Source: Scyliorhinus canicula
Taxonomy: Eukaryota
Length of the DNA: 64,000 nt
Reading direction: 5' to 3'
NCBI RefSeq assembly: GCF_902713615.1
Contig: NC_052151.1
Location: 200,969,703-201,033,702, forward strand
Part shown: piece by piece, positions 57,960 to 64,000 of the stretch
How positions within the stretch are numbered: position 1 is the first letter of the stretch
How the letters are laid out: each line of letters starts with the position of its first letter
The notes under the pieces: model-generated
What the model saw: only the letters and a program-made list of their open reading frames with translations
The model's database searches: none
Told to the model about the DNA's origin: nothing
Translations under genes and position numbers: made by a program

Positions 57960-60945
57960 GGTTACAGTGATAGGGAGGGTTGTAGGGGCTGGAGGATGTG
58001 ACACAGATAGGGAGGGTTGTAGGGGCTGGAGGAGGTTACAGAGATAGGGAGGGTTGTAGGGGCTGGAGGATGTTACAGAGATAGGGAGGGTTGTAGGGGC
58101 TGGAGGAGGTTACAGAGATAGGGAGGGTTGTAGGGGCTGGAGGAGGTTACAGACATGAGGGGGTTGTAGGGGCTGGAGGAGGTTACAGAGATAGGGAGAG
58201 TTGTAGGGACTGGAGGAGGTTACAGAGATAGGGAGGGTTGTAGGGGCTGGAGGATGTTACAGAGATAGGGAGAGTTGTAGAGGCTGTAGAGGCTGGAGAG
58301 GGTTACAGAGATAGGGAGGGTTGATGGGGCTGGAGGAGGTTACAGAGATAGGGAGGGTTGATGGGGCTGGAGGAGGTTACAGAGATAGGGAGGGTTGTAG
58401 TGACTGGAGGAGGTTACAGAGATAGGGAGGGTTGTAGAGGCTGGAGGAGGTTACAGAGATAGGGAGGGTTGTAGGGACTGGAGGAGGTTACAGAGATAGA
58501 GAGGGTTGTAGAGGCTGGAGGAGGTTACAGAGATAGGGAGGGTTGTAGGGGCTGGAGGAGGTTACAGAGATAGGGAGGGTTGTAGGGGCTGGAGGAGGTT
58601 ACAGAGATAGGGAGGGATGTAGGGCTGGAGGATGTTACAGAGATAGGGAGAGTTGTAGAGGCTGTAGAGGCTGGAGAGGGTTACAGAGATAGGGAGGGTT
58701 GATGGGGCTGGAGGAGGTTACAGAGATAGGGAGGGTTGATGGGGCTGGAGGAGGTTACAGAGATAGGGAGGGTTGTAGTGACTGGAGGAGGTTACAGAGA
58801 TAGGGAGGGTTGTAGAGGCTGGAGGAGGTTACAGAGATAGGGAGGGTTGTAGGGACTGGAGGAGGTTACAGAGATAGAGAGGGTTGTAGAGGCTGGAGGA
58901 GGTTACAGAGATAGGGAGGGTTGATGGGGCTGGAGGAGGGTTACAGAGATAGGGAGGGTTGGAGAGGCTGGAGGAGGTTACAGATAGGGAGGATTGTAGG
59001 GGCTGGAGGGGGTTACAAAGATAGGGACAATTTTAATAATTTTTCCTCGTGTCACACATTAGACTCACATAAACACTGCAATGAAGTTACTGTGAAAAGC
59101 CCCTAGTCGCCACATTCCGGCGCCTGTTCAGGTACACGGAGGGAGAATTCAGAATGTCCAATTCACCTAACCTACGCGTCTTTTCAGACTTTGTGGGAGG
59201 AAACCGGAGCATCCGGAGGCAACCCACGCAGACACGGGGAGAGCATGCAGACTCTGAACAGGCAGTGACCCAAGCCGGCTCCTGGCTCTGTGAAGCAACA
59301 TTGCTAACCACTGTGCTACCATGCTGCCTGGAAGGGGGTTAGAGATAGGGAGGGATGTAGGGGCTAGAGATTACAGAGATAGAGAGGGTTGTAGGGGCTG
59401 GAGGAGGTTACAGAGATGGGGAGGGTTGTAGGGACTGGAGGAGGTTACAGAGATAGGGAGGGTCGTAGGGGCTGGAGGAGGTTACAGAGATAGGGAGGGT
59501 TGTAGGGACTGAACATAGAACATAGAACAGTACAGCACAGAACAGGCCCTTCGGCCCTCGATGTTGTGCCGAACAATGATCACCCCACTTAAACCCACGT
59601 AACCCGTAACCCAACAATCCCCCCATTAACCTTACACTACGGGCAATTTAGCATGGCCAATCCACCTAACCCGCACATCTTTGGACTGTGGGAGGAAACC
59701 GGAGCACCCGGAGGAAACCCACGCGCACACGGGGAGGACGTGCAGACTCCACACAGACAGTGACCCAGCCGGGAATCGAACCTGGGACCCTGGAGCTGTG
59801 AAGCATTGATGCTAACCACCATGCTACCGTGAGGCCCCTGGTTGTAGGGCTGGAGGAGGTTACAGAGATAGGGAGGGTTGTAGGGACTGAGAGAGGTGAC
59901 AGAGATAGGGAGGGTTGTAGGGACTGAGAGAGGTGACAGAGATAGGGAGGGTTGTAGAGGCTGGAGGGGGTTACAGAGATTGGGAGGGTTGCAAAGTCTG
60001 GAGGGGGTTACAGAGATAGGGACAATTTTAATCATAATTATTACTAGTGTCACACATTCGACTCACATTAACACTGCAATGAAGTTACTGTGAAAAGCCC
60101 CTAGTCGCCACATTCCGGTGCATGTTCGTGTACACTGAGGGAGAATTCAGAATGTCCAATTCACCTAACAGCACGTCTTTCGGGACATGAGAGGAGGAAA
60201 CTGGAGCACCCGGAGGAAACCCACGCAGACACAGGGAGAACGTGCAGACTCCGCATAGACAGTGATTCATGCCTTGTCCTGGCTCTGTGAAGCAACATTG
60301 CTAACCAGTGTGTTACCATGCTGCCTGTAAGGGGGTTAGAGATAGGGAGGGATGTAGGGGCTGGAGGAGGCTACAGAGATAGGGAGGATTGTCGGGGCTG
60401 GAGGAGGTGACAGAGATAGGGAGGGTTGTAGGGGCTGGAGGAGGTTACAGAGATAGGGAGGGTTGTAGGGACTGGAGGAGGTGACAGAGATAGGGAGGGT
60501 TGTAGGGGGTGGAGGAGGTTACAGAGATAGGGAGGGATGTAGGGGCTGGAGGAGGTTACAGAGATAGGGAGGGTTGTAGGGACTGGAGGAGGCTACAGAG
60601 TTAGGGAGGGTTGTAGGGGCTGGAGGAGGTTACAGAGATAGGGAGGGTTGTAGGGGCTGGAGGAGGTTACAGAGATAGGGAGGGTTGTAGTGGCTGGAGG
60701 AGGTTACAGAGATAGGGAGGGTTGCAGGGTCTGGAGGAGGTTACAGAGATAGGGAGGGTTGTGGGGGCTGGAGGAGGTTACAGAGATAGGGAGGTTGTAG
60801 GGGCTGGAGGAGGTTACAGAGATAGGGAGGGTTATAGGGGTTGGAGGAGGTTACAGAGATAGGGAGGGTTGTAGCGACTGGTGGAGGTTACAGGGATAGG
60901 GAGGGTTGTAGGGGCTGGAGGAGGTTACAGAGATAGGGAGGGTGA
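57960..60945. repeat. 37-bp G-rich minisatellite with three embedded SINEs (59040-59328, 59511-59838, 60026-60326, all minus)
   Basis: gagatagggagggttgtaggggctggaggaggttaca. Confidence 0.92.
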
Positions 60946-61233
60946 AAGGACCATGGAGGGATTTGAAAATTGAGGCGTTGCCGGATGAGGAGTAAATAGG
61001 TCCAGTCCGAGTGTGACCATCAGCATTTCTGGGAACTGAAGACATTAGTGATATCTCGAGGTTGGCCACATTCTAATAAAACCCTTATCGTGTGTTGATA
61101 AATTAACACTGGAAAGGGAAGGGGGTGGGGTGGTGAGAATTGGAATGGGTTTCGTGGGAGAGGTGCTGGGCCTTGCGGGAGATTAAGAAATGGAAAAAGA
61201 AATAATCAGGAAATAAGGAAATGAATGACCCAC

Positions 61234-61282
61234 CTGCTGGCACCACCTGAAGCAGGAGGAACAGGGTCCAGATGTACTGCAT
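61234..61282 (-). CDS. FCER1G: FcR gamma-type gene exon 1 (signal peptide MQYIWTLFLLLQVVPA + phase-1 G)
   Basis: gacagccATG context; 49 coding nt ending CAG|GTGGGT donor; same 49-nt leader-exon size and phase as mammalian FCER1G; joins in frame to exon 2. Confidence 0.9.
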
Positions 61283-61440
61283 GGCTGTCTCCTTCCACTG
61301 TCCCTCCGCAGAACAATCTCACACACTCTGTACTGTACAAGCTGCAGCCTGCCTTGTGTCAGTACAGGAGGAAGTACTCACACAGTGGACCTTACAAAGG
61401 GAGAGTGTGGTCAGAGTTTCAGGAAGTGGAAGAGAGAGAC
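61283..61440 (-). promoter_or_regulatory. FCER1G 5' UTR/proximal promoter with ETS (PU.1/GABP-like) and RUNX motifs
   Basis: GAGGAAGT 61368-61375, TGTGGTC 61406-61412, CAGGAAGTG 61420-61428 directly upstream of the ATG; no clear TATA box; TSS unknown. Confidence 0.55.
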
Positions 61441-61564
61441 AGATACATATTGAAAGTCAAGAGTGGGGAAAGAGGGCCAGGGGAGTAAAGAATGGGACTG
61501 GTCGGGGAGTAGGATAGGGGCAATGGAAAGGTGGAGAGAGAGCGCGGGGCCAGAGGGGGTAGAA

Positions 61565-62443
61565 AAGAGAGAGAGAGAGCAGAGAGGGGAGGGAGAGAGC
61601 AGAGAGCAGAGGGGAGAGAGCAGAGGGGAGAGAGCAGAGGGGAGAGGGCAGAGGGCAGAGGGCAGAGGGCAGAGGGCAGAGGGCAGAGGGCAGAGGGCAG
61701 AGCGCAGAGGGCAGAGGGCAGAGCGCAGAGGGCAGAGCGCAGAGCGCAGAGCGCAGAGGGCAGAGCGCAGAGGGCAGAGCGCAGAGGGCAGAGCGCAGAG
61801 GGCAGAGCAGAGGGCAGAGCAGAGGGCAGAGCAGAGGGCAGAGCAGAGGGCAGAGCAGAGGGCAGAGCAGAGGGCAGAGCAGAGGGCAGAGCAGAGGGCA
61901 GAGCAGAGGGCAGAGCAGAGGGCAGAGCAGAGGGCAGAGCAGAGGGCAGAGCAGAGGGCAGAGCAGAGGGCAGAGCAGAGGGCAGAGCAGAGGGGAGAGC
62001 AGAGGGGAGAGCAGAGGGGAGAGCAGAGGGGAGAGCAGAGGGGAGAGCAGAGGGGAGAGCAGAGGGGAGAGCAGAGGGGAGAGCAGAGGGGGAGAGCAGA
62101 GGGGAGAGAGGGAGCAGAGGGGAGAGCAGAGGGGAGAGCAGAGGGGAGAGCAGAGGGGAGAGCAGAGGGGAGAGCAGAGGGGAGAGCAGAGGGGAGAGCA
62201 GAGGGGAGAAGGAGAGCAGAGGGGAGAGGGCAGAGCAGAGGGGACAAGGAGAGCAGAGGGGACAAGGAGAGCAGAGGGGACAAGGAGAGCAGAGGGACAA
62301 GGAGAGCAGAGGGGACAAGGAGAGCAGAGGGGACAAGGAGAGCAGAGGGGACAAGGAGAGCAGAGGGGACAAGGAGAGCAGAGGGGACAAGGAGAGCAGA
62401 GGGGACAAGGAGGGCAGAGGGGAGAGGGCAGAGCAGAGGGGAG
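61565..62443. repeat. GA-rich simple repeats (gagcagagggca / gagcagagggga / ggggacaaggagagcaga)
   Basis: Short-period repeats running into the gap. Confidence 0.92.
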
Positions 62444-62943
62444 NNNNNNNNNNNNNNNNNNNNNNNNNNNNNNNNNNNNNNNNNNNNNNNNNNNNNNNNN
62501 NNNNNNNNNNNNNNNNNNNNNNNNNNNNNNNNNNNNNNNNNNNNNNNNNNNNNNNNNNNNNNNNNNNNNNNNNNNNNNNNNNNNNNNNNNNNNNNNNNNN
62601 NNNNNNNNNNNNNNNNNNNNNNNNNNNNNNNNNNNNNNNNNNNNNNNNNNNNNNNNNNNNNNNNNNNNNNNNNNNNNNNNNNNNNNNNNNNNNNNNNNNN
62701 NNNNNNNNNNNNNNNNNNNNNNNNNNNNNNNNNNNNNNNNNNNNNNNNNNNNNNNNNNNNNNNNNNNNNNNNNNNNNNNNNNNNNNNNNNNNNNNNNNNN
62801 NNNNNNNNNNNNNNNNNNNNNNNNNNNNNNNNNNNNNNNNNNNNNNNNNNNNNNNNNNNNNNNNNNNNNNNNNNNNNNNNNNNNNNNNNNNNNNNNNNNN
62901 NNNNNNNNNNNNNNNNNNNNNNNNNNNNNNNNNNNNNNNNNNN
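62444..62943. other. Assembly gap (500 N, probably a placeholder size)
   Basis: N run of round length flanked by simple repeats. Confidence 0.95.
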
Positions 62944-63590
62944 CCCCTCGCCCCACACCTCCCCCCTCCCTTGCCCCATACCTCCCCCCTCGCCCCATAC
63001 CTCCCCCTCCCTCGCCCCATACCTCCCCCCTCCCTCGCCCCATACCCCCCTCCCTCCCTCGCCCCATACCCCCCTCCCTCCCTCGCCCCATACCTCCCCT
63101 CGCCCCATACCTCCCCCTCCCTTGCCCCATACCTCCCCCCTCACCCCATATCTCCCCCCTCGCCCCATTCCTCCCCCTCGCCCCACACCTCCCCCCGTCC
63201 CACACCTCCCCCCACAGCACACCTCCCCCAACATCACCCCCTCCCCCTAACTCCCCACTCTGCCCCACCTCCTCTCACCCACTCCCCTCTCCCCCACTCC
63301 CCTCTCCCCATCCTCTCTCCCCTGCCCCTCATCTCCCCCTCCACCTCGCCCTCCTCTCTCCCCCTCCCCTCCTCTCTCCCCCTCCCCCTTCCCCCTCTTC
63401 TCTCCCCCTCCCCCCTTCCCCCTCCTCTTTTCTGCTCCAACTCTCTCTATGGTCCTTCTCCCCCTCCGCTCTCGTCCCCTCTCCGCTCCCACTCTCTCTC
63501 TGATCCCTCTCCCCTCTCCTCTCCCCCTCTCCACTCCACACTCTCTGTAGTCCCTCTCCCCCTCCTCACATCCCTCTATCCCGCCATAGT
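62944..63590. repeat. C/T-rich low-complexity tract
   Basis: cctcgccccatacctcccc-type repeats. Confidence 0.85.
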
Positions 63591-63627
63591 GAAACAAATA
63601 CACTGACCTCATTCCTCACCTCCACAG

Positions 63628-63732
63628 GCTGCAGTTGGCTGGGATGAGGATTTCCCGCCCACCCCTCTCACTGGGACGGTACAAAATGATCAAACACAAA
63701 CTGGATCGGGGAAATGAGGAGAATCCAAAAAG
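63628..63732 (+). CDS. B4GALT3: beta-1,4-galactosyltransferase 3-like penultimate exon ((R)LQLAGMRISRPPLSLGRYKMIKHKLDRGNEENPK(R))
   Basis: cctcacctccacag| acceptor and AAG|GTAGGT donor; 105 nt; closest to human B4GALT3 RVRLAGMKISRPPTSVGHYKMVKHRGDKGNEENPHR; B4GALT3 is a mammalian FCER1G neighbour. Confidence 0.88.
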
Positions 63733-63740
63733 GTAGGTCA

Positions 63741-64000
63741 GGGTGGGGGATGGGGCGGTTCAGGGCGGGGGATGGGGCGGTTCAGGGCGGGGGATGGGGC
63801 GGTTCAGGGCGGGGGATTGGGCGGTTCGGGGAGGGGGGTGGGACGGTTCAGGGCGGGGGATGGGGTGGTTCAGGCCGGGGGATGGGGCGGTTCAGGGCGG
63901 GGGGTGGGGCGGTTCAGGGCAGGGGATGGGGCGGTTCAGGGCGGGGGATGGGACGGTTCAGGGCGGGGGATGGGGCGCTTCAGGGCGGGGGATGGGACGG
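63741..64000. repeat. 22-bp G-rich minisatellite
   Basis: gggcgggggatggggcggttca starting about 10 bp after the B4GALT3 donor. Confidence 0.9.

Noticed and set aside
61411-63606. ORFs of 500-700 aa across GA/CT repeats and Ns
   Set aside because: Low-complexity and gap artefacts

Overview
Repeat-dominated cartilaginous-fish (shark-like; inferred from HE1/V-SINE, CR1 and satellite content) genomic window with two assembly gaps (26875-27167 and 62444-62943). The ORF track misses the host genes. Reading splice sites by eye gives a complete six-exon minus-strand FCER1G (FcR gamma chain)-type gene, CDS 61282 to 21057, 357 nt, 118 aa: [118 protein letters not shown]. Unlike mammalian FcR gamma it has two ITAMs, owing to an extra symmetric 75-nt exon. 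One B4GALT3-type exon lies on the plus strand at 63628-63732. The rest is nested Gypsy LTR retrotransposons and solo LTRs, CR1/L1/L2 LINE fragments, V-SINEs, a MITE, Penelope-like hammerhead remnants and about ten tandem arrays. The most unusual signals are: (1) the two-ITAM FcR gamma with a potentially skippable ITAM exon; (2) three Gypsy subfamilies that lack a tRNA primer-binding site and instead carry a co-varying 10-16 nt sequence complementary to their own LTR poly(A) signal at a fixed spacing of about 50 nt, suggesting self-priming and/or poly(A)-site occlusion.
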